Of a stretch of DNA of 64,000 bases, positions 10,154 to 20,645 are shown piece by piece; within the stretch, counting starts at the first letter, position 1, and each line of letters begins with the position of its first letter. The position numbers and the translations under genes were made by a program. A model generated the notes under the pieces. The model did no database searches. It was not told where the DNA came from and saw only the letters and a program-made list of their open reading frames with translations. The stretch lies in the IMG/VR virus record IMGVR_UViG_3300002461_000323, positions 32,001-96,000 of that record; one strand, 5' to 3'. The stretch comes from a virus.

Positions 10154-12073
10154 ATGGTGGACAACGCGATCTCCCCGTTCTCACGGCCACTCTCGTACGA
10201 GGGTCCGGACAACAGCGGCTTCCTCGGGGCTCCCAAGGCCAACCAGTTCGCCCAGCCATGGGGTGAGCCGTTCGAGGACGCCCAGGGCAATCCAATCAAC
10301 CCGGGTACCCAGGGCGGCCCGAACTTCCGTGCGAGCATCCAGAAGACCAAGGGCAAGTGGGGCAAGCGCCAGACCAAGGAGGTCCAGGATGTCGGGAACA
10401 TCAGTTGGTACGGCAAGCCGCTGTCCACGAAGCCGGACGCCCGGAAGATGATCCTGAGCTTCAACGGACCTACCAGCCGGTACTTCCAAGAGGAGTTCTC
10501 GTACGGCAGCACTCAGGCACACAGGGAGGTCTACCGTGAGGGTGGTCTGGTGGGAATCGCCCCTGGCCCGGTGCTCGGCGCGGCCGTGCAATCAATTGCA
10601 GTCGGCAGCCCGCCCGAACCCACGGACCACCTGAACGTCGTCTGCCTGTACAACGGTCAAGAGTTGCTCATGCGCAGGCCGCTGAAAGGCCCGTACTACC
10701 GTGCGAAGTTCGGTGAGAAGACCGAGCAGCGGCTGTCGGAGTTCAAGAGCCTGACCAACCCCGATGGCTGGGTGACTGTCGGCCAGATCACGATCTCCAA
10801 CGACTACGACCAGGCGAAGACCCCGTGGTTCTTTAACGAGAGCGGGACTGAGGCCCAGTGCATCCGCATGCGCGAGAAGCAGGGTCTGGACCGCAACGGT
10901 GCACCTGTGCCTGAGCGTGCGGGTGACCGGTTCAAGATCACGGTCGGACCATCGAACGTCAGCCTCAGCCCCGAAGGCAATGAGCCGTCGTTCGAGTTCA
11001 AGGAAGACGGCGAGTCGTTGGCGCTCCCGAACTTCACCAGCCCGATCGACCAGTTCGGGTTCACTCACAGTTGGTACGAGCACCGAGTGACCTTCAACTC
11101 GAAGATGACGGGCAAGCAGGTGGTGGCAGTCGATTACATCGGAGACACCGAAGTGCTGGTGTACGCGGTGATGGACGTTGACTACCAACTGACCAAGGAC
11201 TACATGAAGGGCCGGGACAACGAGACCGACGGCGGCATCCAGAAGGGGCCGTACGACAACCGGGGCTCGTACTCGAACCCGCAGGAACTCGGGGCTGACA
11301 AGATCAACTTCTCGGTCGGCGACCACCTGGCGCGGACCTGGTACGGCGGGAGTGCGAGCCTGACGCTGGAGTTCGAGGTCGAGGGTGTCGAGTACGTGAT
11401 TCCCCTGGAGTTCACGACCGGCCTGACATCCGATCAGTACGATGGCCGCCCGTACACACCGCCCAATCGAGACCTGTTCTACCGGGAGTACGTGATCCAG
11501 TACCCTCGGTTCTTGGACGTCCGGGGCGGCGGGATGTTCGTCAGCCGCCTGTACCAGTTCAAGGACTTCGTGGTCCAGGGGCGGAAGTCCGAGGCCGAGA
11601 GCGAGACCGTGGACTTGGACTTCGCCGACAACCAGACCAACATCTACCTGCCGGGGGCTGACAAGTGGACAGCCAGCTTCTACTCCCCGCCGAACCCGCT
11701 GAACAACAACGCAGCCAGTTGGAACGAGGTGAAGGCGTACCCGGCCGCTCCTTGGACCTGGGCGACCAAGACGTTCATCGGCAAGCGGCCGACCGAGAAC
11801 GACACGGGGATTGTCGGCAAGATTCCGTTCAAGACTTGGTTTGAGCCCACTCAGACGGTGCTCTACAATAGCTGGTACGGCCTGACCCTGCTCTACCACG
11901 ACAAGTTCACGACCGACTGCGGGTTCGCACACCGGGAAGACGGCTCGTACATCGTTAGCGGAGTGTTCGTTGACCCGGACACCAAGGCGTTGAAAGAGGC
12001 CATGCGGAGTCAGCCATTCGACGCCAAGGGCCTCACCAGCGGACAAACCTACCACCCCCTGGGTGAAATGTAA
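10154..12073 (+). CDS. Tail-associated structural protein
   Basis: 639-aa ORF, beta-rich and aromatic-rich, in the tail operon. Confidence 0.5.
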   Translation: MVDNAISPFSRPLSYEGPDNSGFLGAPKANQFAQPWGEPFEDAQGNPINPGTQGGPNFRASIQKTKGKWGKRQTKEVQDVGNISWYGKPLSTKPDARKMILSFNGPTSRYFQEEFSYGSTQAHREVYREGGLVGIAPGPVLGAAVQSIAVGSPPEPTDHLNVVCLYNGQELLMRRPLKGPYYRAKFGEKTEQRLSEFKSLTNPDGWVTVGQITISNDYDQAKTPWFFNESGTEAQCIRMREKQGLDRNGAPVPERAGDRFKITVGPSNVSLSPEGNEPSFEFKEDGESLALPNFTSPIDQFGFTHSWYEHRVTFNSKMTGKQVVAVDYIGDTEVLVYAVMDVDYQLTKDYMKGRDNETDGGIQKGPYDNRGSYSNPQELGADKINFSVGDHLARTWYGGSASLTLEFEVEGVEYVIPLEFTTGLTSDQYDGRPYTPPNRDLFYREYVIQYPRFLDVRGGGMFVSRLYQFKDFVVQGRKSEAESETVDLDFADNQTNIYLPGADKWTASFYSPPNPLNNNAASWNEVKAYPAAPWTWATKTFIGKRPTENDTGIVGKIPFKTWFEPTQTVLYNSWYGLTLLYHDKFTTDCGFAHREDGSYIVSGVFVDPDTKALKEAMRSQPFDAKGLTSGQTYHPLGEM

Positions 12074-12084
12074 GAAAGACGATC

Positions 12085-12855
12085 ATGCCGATTACCAGTT
12101 CAGACGTCGCGTTCAAGCGCAGCACCCACACGGTGAGCACGATCCAGGGCCTCGGCGGTCCGATCGGTACCCAGATTTTCTCGCAGTCGGCGAGTGTCGC
12201 GGGGATTGTCACGGGCGTGGCCATCCAGAGCGCGAGCAACAACACCCCGGGCCTCGGACAACTCTCGTACAACCCGAGCAACCAGTTGCTGGCCTGGCAG
12301 CCGCCGACGAAGACCACGTTCTCCGGGATCATCATCACCGGCAGCGGCACGTACACGATCGGCAACGTCGATGGCTTCATCACCGTGGTTGTGACGTTCG
12401 CCAGCCTGCCGTCCGTGTACAAGGTGGAGACGATCACGATCTCGAACGGGATCAACAACGTGTTCGACGACATCAACCCCGCACAGGCGTTGATCGGGCA
12501 AACCGACTACCGGTGCCTGTACTTCCAGAACAATCACCCTTCGCTGACCGCCAGCGACATCCGGCTGTTCGTCAGCGGGCCGCCCGCGCTTCCGCACGTG
12601 TTCGCCATCGGCCTCGACCCCGCAGGCCCAGGCAACGGCACGAGCACGGGTGTCGCACAGACGATCGCGGGTAAGACGATCGCCCCCACGGGAGTGGTGT
12701 TCACGGCCCCGCTGTTGGCCTCCAGTGGACTGTTCCTTGGCTCACTCGGACCCGGGCAGGCGATCGCGTTCTGGGAACGACGAACGATCCCCGCAGACTC
12801 CTTCGGGCTGATCCTGCTGGTGACCGCGAGCGTCGGCGTGGCGCTGATCGGGTGA
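12085..12855 (+). CDS. Tail structural protein (paralog family A)
   Basis: NNVFDDINPAQALIGQTDYRCLYF and IAFWERRTIPA motifs. Confidence 0.6.
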   Translation: MPITSSDVAFKRSTHTVSTIQGLGGPIGTQIFSQSASVAGIVTGVAIQSASNNTPGLGQLSYNPSNQLLAWQPPTKTTFSGIIITGSGTYTIGNVDGFITVVVTFASLPSVYKVETITISNGINNVFDDINPAQALIGQTDYRCLYFQNNHPSLTASDIRLFVSGPPALPHVFAIGLDPAGPGNGTSTGVAQTIAGKTIAPTGVVFTAPLLASSGLFLGSLGPGQAIAFWERRTIPADSFGLILLVTASVGVALIG

Positions 12856-12858
12856 CGT

Positions 12859-13359
12859 ATGCCCGGACGTCTTAGCCCGTGGTTGATCAACGGCTGCATC
12901 GACACGATTCTCCGGAGCGAGTTCGTAGGCGGCCCAGCGGTGTTCGGCAACGACTGGTACCTGAGCCTGTTGGTTGAGAGCCCAGACCCGTACATGGGGC
13001 CGTTCGACCAGTTCTTCATCTACCCACGGGCAACCGAAGTCGTGTACACCGGGTACGCACGCCAGCGGGCCAACCAGTTGAACACCAGTTGGAGGCGCAC
13101 AGACGGTGACAACGGCACTGCGGCGTCCTCAGGCACCACCGGCGAGACATCGGTGGGCAACCGCCTGTACTACCCGCTGTGCACGACCTCCACCCAGGTG
13201 ATCACCCACGTGGGGTTGATGGGCAGCAACATCATCGACCCGGACTTCAACTACTGCTACGGGTACTTCACGCTCCAGTTCCCGATCCAACTCCAGAACG
13301 CGGCCCCAGGCTTCTACCCGGTGATCGCTCAGGATGCGTTGAAAGTCAAATTCGCCTAA
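12859..13359 (+). CDS. Small tail fibre-associated protein (paralog family B, divergent)
   Basis: WYLSLL..., ATEVVYTGYARQ, VITHVGLM motifs shared with 15508, 26712, 27155 and 27959 products. Confidence 0.55.
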   Translation: MPGRLSPWLINGCIDTILRSEFVGGPAVFGNDWYLSLLVESPDPYMGPFDQFFIYPRATEVVYTGYARQRANQLNTSWRRTDGDNGTAASSGTTGETSVGNRLYYPLCTTSTQVITHVGLMGSNIIDPDFNYCYGYFTLQFPIQLQNAAPGFYPVIAQDALKVKFA

Positions 13360-13363
13360 GACC

Positions 13364-13612
13364 ATGATCAGCACGAACGACCCGAGCGTACGCGCAGAAG
13401 AACAACTACCAGGGTACGCACGGTACCGGAGCCTGGGCGGCCGTCGATGGGAGGTCTTCGGACAGTGCGTTGGCACGGGACACTGTGCGGGAGACGGCAG
13501 CCAGAAGGTGGACACGACGGTCGTACGCACGCCCGAGACCAGGCCCTGTGATGCCTGCAAGATCGAGTTCCGTGACCTCCCTCCTGCGGCCTCCAGAACC
13601 TCCTGGGACTGA
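13364..13612 (+). CDS. Small Cys-containing hypothetical protein
   Basis: Fills the gap between tail genes; CVGTGHC and CDAC motifs. Confidence 0.4.
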   Translation: MISTNDPSVRAEEQLPGYARYRSLGGRRWEVFGQCVGTGHCAGDGSQKVDTTVVRTPETRPCDACKIEFRDLPPAASRTSWD

Positions 13613-13614
13613 GC

Positions 13615-15498
13615 ATGCCGACCACCCTGTACTTCGCACAGAACACCGCGTTCCCCAAGGGACCCGGCACGTATCCCACCCTCGCTACCCAGTACGCGAA
13701 CCTCACACAGACGGGCGCGGTGACGACCGAGGGCTGCATGCTCCCGTACACCTGGAGAGCGGTTGCCAACCTCTCGGGTAACAGCCTGAACAACACGACA
13801 GCCCAGCGCTTCAGGTTCGGACGGTTCTTCAGCGCACCGTTCGCGCAGGACTACACGTGGGTGAACCCGGTGAACAGCGCGGGTGCCATCAAGTTCTTCC
13901 TCAGTGACTTCGAAGCCAACCTGAGTGCAAACCATGCAGTGCAGAGTGTGTGCATCTACGTGTGGAGACCGAGCACGGGTACACGCATAGGCTACCTCTC
14001 CCAGATCGCAGACACGCTTGCGGGCGCAAAAGAGCCGACTGCGATCAACGCGATTCAGAACACGTTGGGCGAGTACTTCACCACCGCAGGCAACATAGCG
14101 ATACTTGCAGGCGACATTCTGGTGTTCGAGCCGTTCGGCACGTTTACCCAAGCAGCGGCTACCGCGTACAACATCCGGTTCTACTACGGTGGAGTCACCG
14201 CGATCACGACCGAGAACACCGCTGCGGCAACCCCCGCCAGTAGGGTGGACTTCCCGTATGACCTGCCACTGCTGTACCCACCGAACACGGCTGTCGGCTC
14301 GATGGACACGATCGCGTTCTCGGGCACGCTCCCACCGCTGCTGGTAAGCCGGTTGAACGGTGAGGCCTCGATCATCGACGGCCAAGGTCTGGTGGACGGC
14401 TCGCGCTTGCGTGCACGCCTACAGGCCAAGGCCACGTTCTCACCTGCGAGCCTGAACACACGGGTGCTGCTCAACAGTGGACTGCACTCAATTGCAACGC
14501 TCACGAGCGCACTCCAGCAACGGCATGAACTCCAGACAGCGGCTGTGGGCACGAGTGAGAGCCTCGGGCAGTTTGAGTCCCGGGCAGTCGGTGATCTGCT
14601 CAGCCTGTACTACAGCGGGAGCGGAAGCTCTGGCAATCCCGGACTCTCCCTGGGCGGTGCTCGCGGAGCCGCGTACGGTGACCAGCAGGTGGTGTTCGAC
14701 ACCGCGATCCCCGGGCTGCAGTTCATCCAGTGCTCGAATATCCGGAGTGGGCCGATCAACCTGGTGACTGACCCGATTGCCCAGACGATCTCCTGGGTGA
14801 TCCACCCGCTGCTGATCAAGACCAGCTACTACGGTGGGAACGTGGACACGGTGTTCGTCGGAGACCTATCCAACGGATTCCTGGTGTTCCGGGTGACCGA
14901 CAAGAACGCCGTACCCGCTCTGCAATTGATTGCAAACGCGGTCAACCTGGAGAACACGCTGTTCGCCAACCCGAGCTTGAGCGTGCTCGCATCCGGGGAG
15001 ACCGTGTACCGGGCGCTGTTCCTGATGAACTACAGCGCTCAGGACATCGAACTGCCGGTGCTCAGCCTCGACCACAGTTCGATCGAGACCATCAGCATCG
15101 GCACCGAGTACGTGAGTAACCTGAACCTCACCCAGTACCAGCGCAAGATCGACGTCCATCGTCGGGGTACGGACGTCACCGGCAGGGGCGACAACCTGTT
15201 GATCGCTCCGATCCTGCAGATCAGCCTGAACGTCAGTCCGCTGGGCAATCCAACGATGTACTCGACGATTGGCCGGGCGCAGGAAACCGACGGTATTTCC
15301 ACGCAGTTGCCGACCACGCTCGTCGATCAGTTCGATTCCACGCTGCTTCTCTCGGAGGTACAATTTGGGCCTACGCTCAGTTGGCCGAGGATCAAGGCTG
15401 GCAAGGGAGTGAGCTTCTGGGTCCGCAAGGTCCAGCCTCCAGGGGTGGTGCCACCGGTCACCCAGAAGCTAGGTTTCAAAGTCACCGGCACCTTCTAA
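13615..15498 (+). CDS. Tail fibre/structural protein with C-terminal family A domain
   Basis: 627 aa; NTLFAN..GETVYRALF and VSFWVRKVQP motifs. Confidence 0.55.
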   Translation: MPTTLYFAQNTAFPKGPGTYPTLATQYANLTQTGAVTTEGCMLPYTWRAVANLSGNSLNNTTAQRFRFGRFFSAPFAQDYTWVNPVNSAGAIKFFLSDFEANLSANHAVQSVCIYVWRPSTGTRIGYLSQIADTLAGAKEPTAINAIQNTLGEYFTTAGNIAILAGDILVFEPFGTFTQAAATAYNIRFYYGGVTAITTENTAAATPASRVDFPYDLPLLYPPNTAVGSMDTIAFSGTLPPLLVSRLNGEASIIDGQGLVDGSRLRARLQAKATFSPASLNTRVLLNSGLHSIATLTSALQQRHELQTAAVGTSESLGQFESRAVGDLLSLYYSGSGSSGNPGLSLGGARGAAYGDQQVVFDTAIPGLQFIQCSNIRSGPINLVTDPIAQTISWVIHPLLIKTSYYGGNVDTVFVGDLSNGFLVFRVTDKNAVPALQLIANAVNLENTLFANPSLSVLASGETVYRALFLMNYSAQDIELPVLSLDHSSIETISIGTEYVSNLNLTQYQRKIDVHRRGTDVTGRGDNLLIAPILQISLNVSPLGNPTMYSTIGRAQETDGISTQLPTTLVDQFDSTLLLSEVQFGPTLSWPRIKAGKGVSFWVRKVQPPGVVPPVTQKLGFKVTGTF

Positions 15499-15507
15499 GG
15501 AACGATC

Positions 15508-15939
15508 ATGGCAGGCAGATTCAGCGTGTACGGCGCAAACCAAGTACTGAACAAGGTTCTCCGGTCAACCGACTTCTCGGTGCCCGCCAGCTACTGGGTG
15601 GCGCTGTTCCGTGCGGCCAACGACACGAGCTTGCGTGCGAACAACCCGAGTTCGGCGTTGGAGGTCAGCAGCGGCATCGGGTACGTGCGCAAGGAGGTCC
15701 GTGGAGCCACGGCCTTGACGTTCAGCCTGAGCACCGCCGCAGCCTCCCAGTTGTCGGACATCGTCTCCTGGGACCCGGCCACCGGCTCATGGGGAACCGT
15801 GACCTACGCGGCGCTGATGGACAGTGCGACCCTTGGCGCAGGCAACGTGATCTTGTACGGTGCACTCACGGTTCCCAAGGCTGTTGACAACGGCGACACC
15901 TTCCGCATCCCCTCAGGGCTGTTCACGATCGGGCTGTAA
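15508..15939 (+). CDS. Small tail fibre-associated protein (paralog family B)
   Basis: YWVALF, EVSSGIGYVRK, ATGSWGTVTYAALMD, GNVILYG, PKAVDNGD motifs. Confidence 0.65.
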   Translation: MAGRFSVYGANQVLNKVLRSTDFSVPASYWVALFRAANDTSLRANNPSSALEVSSGIGYVRKEVRGATALTFSLSTAAASQLSDIVSWDPATGSWGTVTYAALMDSATLGAGNVILYGALTVPKAVDNGDTFRIPSGLFTIGL

Positions 15940-18900
15940 ATGGCGCTGTTCTCCGACCTGCCAAGGATTTGGTCCCGTGAGGAGATAAACACCAGCACGC
16001 AGTACATCGTCGAGTGGACTGACGGTGGGCCGTACGTGGTGTTCAGAAACCCACGCCTGGTTCTTGATCTCGACACCGCGACCTTCGGAGCCCGGGTAGA
16101 GTCCAGGGATGTGTTCATCAACGGGGCGATCTCGCAGACGCTCAGAGCCGGTGCCAACAGCTACGGTGAGGACTTCGGTGACGCCGGGGTGGTCAGTAGC
16201 GGGCTGCCCGCTGTGTACTTCGACGCTGGCAGTGGCCGCCTGCCCTCTTACGCAGAGTTCACCGAGTGGTTCGGAGTGTTCTCGGAAGACCGTTCGTTCT
16301 CCCAGAGCTTCACGTACCTGCGGGGTGCCAACCAAGTGCTGTACACCCGGGCGAACACCACGGTAGGCGGCTACCCGGGCAACACGTTGGAGAGCACGGG
16401 CATCCTGCACGGAAGCGCGATCTTCCAGACCGACCCGCAGTGCATCGCGTTCTCGCCGACCAACGTCTGGGTGTTCACGCACAAGGACACGGTGAGCCCG
16501 GCTGTGAACTCCGAGGTCTACCTGGATGTCTGGAACGGTACGACCGTGACCTCGACTCAGCGGCTTGATCTGGACGGCCCTATCCTGCACTACCAGATCA
16601 TCCGTGGGACCACCGGGCAGGTGTACCTGATGTACGTGAAGTACGGGACCGGCCCCGGATTCGGTACGGGGTACATCCGGGCGATCAACGAGAGTACCCG
16701 GGCGCTGTCCGCCATCCTCTGGTCCGGGCCAGTGGGTACCAGCGGCTTCCCTGACCTCGCGGGCTACCAAGACAACATTTGCTGCAACAAGGTCTACACG
16801 TTCGGGACCACGAACTACCTGGTGAACCTCTGGAACAGTGTGATGACTGTTCACACGTACCAGACGAGCACGCCTAACACGCTGACCCTTCTGTGTACGG
16901 GAGAGTTCGCTAACACCACGGCGTACATGGGCAAGAGCGCGGGTGTCGAATACGACCCGGTGTCTGGTGACGCCCACCTCGTGCACTGGCAGATCAAGGA
17001 CTACTTCGCTACGGGCGGGGAGTTCTCCAACCAGTTGACGCTTGTACGGCAGTCGCACAATATCAAGCTCAGCACGTTCACGCTCGTCACCGCCAACGCA
17101 CAGGAGATTCAGGGCTTCGTCGGCATTCCATCGAACCCGAACTTCCAGATTCTGGACGAGGGCCAAATCCAGTGCTACATCCCGAGCAACGTCGGTGCGG
17201 ATCGCGATGCGTTCTTGCACTTCTACTGCACTGAGCGCTCTGGGGGGCAGGCGGTACTGCTCGGCTTCTACGTGCGGCTCAAGAACTGGAACAATCCCGG
17301 GCCAATCGATGGCGCGGTGGACGCCACGATCACTGCTGTCGGGGCGACTGTTCTCGGGGCCGTCGATTACGGGGTGGGCGTGGAGATCATGCCCGAAGTC
17401 GGGGTGACTGCTGCGGGTGTGCGCCCACGAGAGTTCCAGATGAACACCCGCTGGGCACTCCAGGCGAACGCGAACGTCGATGGTGAGGTGCTGATCGACA
17501 TCCCGGTGGAGGTGGAGGTCAGCGGAGCCACCGGCGATCTCGAAGACTCCGCGCTTGAGATCAACCCGGATTTAGAGGTCAGCATCGGGAGCGAGATCGT
17601 CCGCTTGCGGGATGGCGAGGTCGTGATCGCACTCGATCTGCTGGTGGACATCCAGGCCGAGTCCAGCCCTCCGATGGTCGAGGTGTTCCTGAACACCACC
17701 TGGCTGTACACGGGCATGGGGTTCATGGCCGAGTTCCAGAACTACATGAACGAAGAGCGGGCGACCGTCTTCGGTCTGCCCCCGTACAAGATCATGGGCA
17801 CGGACGCGATCTCCCGCAAGTTCCTGGAACTGGAAGACATCGCCAGCCGCCACAGCCGTCAGATGGCGTTCTACCGGGTGTTCGCTCACGCCAACTCCGT
17901 GTTCGAACCCGGCTGGCAGACGATCGAGCAGCGGGTGGGCTACCTGACGAACGCCGGTGCCGAGAACATCTTGTTCTTCGCGAACACCGAGTACGGCTCT
18001 GGGCTGACCCCGCTGCCCACCGCGTACGAGACCTACCTGTCGTGGAAGAACAGCCCGCCCCACTACCAGAACATGACGTACAACTGGGGTGACGACAACG
18101 ACAAGGTGTATTCGGTGTTCGGCTACGAGTTCGGCCTGAGTATGTCGAACGTGGACTTCTCCGGATTCTCCGGGCCGCCCGTGGACGACACCTGGGAATT
18201 CTTCTACGCGACAAACAACTTTCTGGTTTTGAAGGAGACCCTTATGGAAACCTCTGTAGCTCAATACTGGGCGTTCCGAGGGCTGGACGGGCTTTTCCTG
18301 CCCCAGTTCTGGAACACCAACTACTACACGCCGATCAAAGTCGAGGCCGATTACCCGTACGCACTCGCGATCTCCACTGAGTTGGATGTGCCGTTGAACT
18401 CCGTGATCTCGGTCGAGCACGAGCACCCATGGACATCCCAGGTGCTGTCGGAGATCGTCCACAACTGGGCGCTTGCGAGCGTGAAGGTGCAGGCTGAGGC
18501 CTCGTACCTGTACGACCTGCAGCGGCTGCCGGTCTCCAGGGAGATCGAACACGCGTACTCGGTGAAGGTCTCCCTGGAGATCGAGTTCCCGTACGCCGAC
18601 TCGTTGAAGGCCCGGTCAGAGATCGAGATCATTCTCAGCAGCCTGCAATCAGTTGCACGAGAGCAGAGCATGAGCCTGCCGCTCGGCCCACGTGTGCGTG
18701 TGGAACGTGACAGCCCTTACGAACTGGAGCTTCGTCCCCAGGTGGCGGCTGAGCAGACGATCCTGTACGCGCTGGAGAGCGTGAGCATCGGCAGTGCCCA
18801 GCTTGAAGTGCAATTGATTGCACGGGGCATCAGCACCCGGATTCAGGATGGCCTGATCAGCGCGGACGCCAGCGGCTCGGGCTTCAAGTTCGACTGCCGG

Positions 18901-19854
18901 TTGAATTCGCTGGAGAACCTGCAAGGGCTGATCGGCGAGACGATCGTCATCGACTTCTGCGGTACCGCGTACACGATGATCGTCACCGGACTCTCAGCGT
19001 CCGCCGCCGAGGGCTCGGTCGCCCCCTCGTACACGCTGAGTGCGTTCTCGCCCGTGGTCCTCCTAGACAGCCCGTACGCCGCGCAGATCAGTTACGCCCC
19101 TACGGGTCCAACTCTTTTCTCCGACGCCGTACGCGACATCCTGGGCCTGCCTGTGACCTGGGAGATCGTGGACTGGTTGGTGGACCCTCAGCGCATTCAG
19201 GTCTCGAACAGCACGCCCCTGGCAGCCGCTCGTTCGCTCTTGGAATCCGTGGGTGCGATCCTGATCAGCCTGCCCTCGGGCGTGGTCAAGGCCGTGTACC
19301 GGTACGCCAGCGCCTTGGACAACCTGGGGGCTGCAACCCCGGTCGCCAGCCTGGTGGACGACAACCAAGTGTTCTCGATCAACACCCGCTACGAGTTCAA
19401 CCTCGGGCTCAACCGCTTCCGGATCAAGGACAGCGACAGCGCGTTCGGAGACCAGATCGAGTTCAAGCCGGATGACGACAACGCGTTCTCAGGGATCGCC
19501 AGCGTGTACATCAGCCCCGCCCGCTCAAGCTGGAGGCTCCGGAGCACGGCCGACACCGGTGTGGTCGTCGAAGACCTGGGCGAGATCGTGGACAGCCTGA
19601 CCGAGACCGTGGAGTTCCGTGCTGGTCAGGCACAGACCACCCGGCCTATAATCGGGATCACCAGCCTGTCGTGGCTGAGCACGCCGTTGGGTGGTGTTTC
19701 TGCTGATCCGGGGTCTCGAAACCTCACAAGCCTGACGACCGTCAACAGCGGTTACGGGTTGATCACCGTCACCTACACCTACCGACGCCACGACTTCCGG
19801 GTGTCCGCTGCGACAACGATTACGGCCACTCAACTTGTGGTCGAGGAGAATTAA
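15940..19854 (+). CDS. Large tail tip/central fibre protein with an internal CAP (SCP/YkwD-like) domain
   Basis: 1304 aa; internal MNEERA..GLPP..ASRHSRQMA..FAH..AENI..SWKNSPPHYQNM; C-terminal hub-like region. Confidence 0.65.
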   Translation: MALFSDLPRIWSREEINTSTQYIVEWTDGGPYVVFRNPRLVLDLDTATFGARVESRDVFINGAISQTLRAGANSYGEDFGDAGVVSSGLPAVYFDAGSGRLPSYAEFTEWFGVFSEDRSFSQSFTYLRGANQVLYTRANTTVGGYPGNTLESTGILHGSAIFQTDPQCIAFSPTNVWVFTHKDTVSPAVNSEVYLDVWNGTTVTSTQRLDLDGPILHYQIIRGTTGQVYLMYVKYGTGPGFGTGYIRAINESTRALSAILWSGPVGTSGFPDLAGYQDNICCNKVYTFGTTNYLVNLWNSVMTVHTYQTSTPNTLTLLCTGEFANTTAYMGKSAGVEYDPVSGDAHLVHWQIKDYFATGGEFSNQLTLVRQSHNIKLSTFTLVTANAQEIQGFVGIPSNPNFQILDEGQIQCYIPSNVGADRDAFLHFYCTERSGGQAVLLGFYVRLKNWNNPGPIDGAVDATITAVGATVLGAVDYGVGVEIMPEVGVTAAGVRPREFQMNTRWALQANANVDGEVLIDIPVEVEVSGATGDLEDSALEINPDLEVSIGSEIVRLRDGEVVIALDLLVDIQAESSPPMVEVFLNTTWLYTGMGFMAEFQNYMNEERATVFGLPPYKIMGTDAISRKFLELEDIASRHSRQMAFYRVFAHANSVFEPGWQTIEQRVGYLTNAGAENILFFANTEYGSGLTPLPTAYETYLSWKNSPPHYQNMTYNWGDDNDKVYSVFGYEFGLSMSNVDFSGFSGPPVDDTWEFFYATNNFLVLKETLMETSVAQYWAFRGLDGLFLPQFWNTNYYTPIKVEADYPYALAISTELDVPLNSVISVEHEHPWTSQVLSEIVHNWALASVKVQAEASYLYDLQRLPVSREIEHAYSVKVSLEIEFPYADSLKARSEIEIILSSLQSVAREQSMSLPLGPRVRVERDSPYELELRPQVAAEQTILYALESVSIGSAQLEVQLIARGISTRIQDGLISADASGSGFKFDCRLNSLENLQGLIGETIVIDFCGTAYTMIVTGLSASAAEGSVAPSYTLSAFSPVVLLDSPYAAQISYAPTGPTLFSDAVRDILGLPVTWEIVDWLVDPQRIQVSNSTPLAAARSLLESVGAILISLPSGVVKAVYRYASALDNLGAATPVASLVDDNQVFSINTRYEFNLGLNRFRIKDSDSAFGDQIEFKPDDDNAFSGIASVYISPARSSWRLRSTADTGVVVEDLGEIVDSLTETVEFRAGQAQTTRPIIGITSLSWLSTPLGGVSADPGSRNLTSLTTVNSGYGLITVTYTYRRHDFRVSAATTITATQLVVEEN

Positions 19855-20349
19855 ATGCCGACCGTGACCACTAGCTTGAGCGTGAACTTCCAGAGCCCCG
19901 AGGCCGGGAGTGATGGTGGCGCGTTCTCCGCCGAGATCGACAGCCGCCCTGCGCCCGTGGGGTTGAACAAGGGCCGCACCTCGTTCATCCCAGGCGACAC
20001 CGTGTACCTGCTGCTGTACCCAGGCTCCCAGGTGTCGAACATCCAGGCCTTCCGGAGTGCGGGCTCGCTCGTACGCGGGAGCACGATCGTGGTCGATGTC
20101 GAGGAGCAGGTGTCGTTGGCGAACGCCCGTGAGTTCAGCCTCCGCTACCCGGTGGCGAATACTCCGGTGTTCACCTGGTATGGGGCCAACCCAGGAGCGC
20201 TCACCCGCTCAGGCGACCAGAAGTTCTCGGCTGCGAGCGAGGCGGTTGCGATCGGCAAGGTCAACTACCAGGCGATTGCGATCGTCTACATCCTGTCCGG
20301 GATCACCCACCCCTCGGCGCTCGTGGTGTTCACCGGAGAGACCCCGTGA
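19855..20349 (+). CDS. Tail structural protein
   Basis: 164 aa, coupled to the upstream gene; VEEQVSL..FSLRYPV resembles the 8570 repeats. Confidence 0.5.
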   Translation: MPTVTTSLSVNFQSPEAGSDGGAFSAEIDSRPAPVGLNKGRTSFIPGDTVYLLLYPGSQVSNIQAFRSAGSLVRGSTIVVDVEEQVSLANAREFSLRYPVANTPVFTWYGANPGALTRSGDQKFSAASEAVAIGKVNYQAIAIVYILSGITHPSALVVFTGETP

Positions 20350-20645
20350 TCGACATCCTGACCATCCGTGGACCAGGGGATGCCGATGGTGGCGAGGTCT
20401 TCGACCCGCTGCTGAGTTCGGTCGAGGCGGCGGTTCAGCGTGGCCGGTACGAGATCGACCAGAGCGCTCCGATCCAGAACGTGAACCTCGACTGCGTGTA
20501 CACCCCGACTCTGCAGGTTGGCAGCGTGATCGAAGCGTTGGACATCACCACCGGGCTGGCTGTGCGCGGGATCATCAAGTCGTTCACCCATGTGGTAGAC
20601 GGGGTTGTCGTGTTCACAAGCATTTCATTGGAGGTCCCAGTATGA
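20346..20645 (+). CDS. Tail/baseplate small protein
   Basis: 99-aa coupled ORF. Confidence 0.45.
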   Translation: MIDILTIRGPGDADGGEVFDPLLSSVEAAVQRGRYEIDQSAPIQNVNLDCVYTPTLQVGSVIEALDITTGLAVRGIIKSFTHVVDGVVVFTSISLEVPV

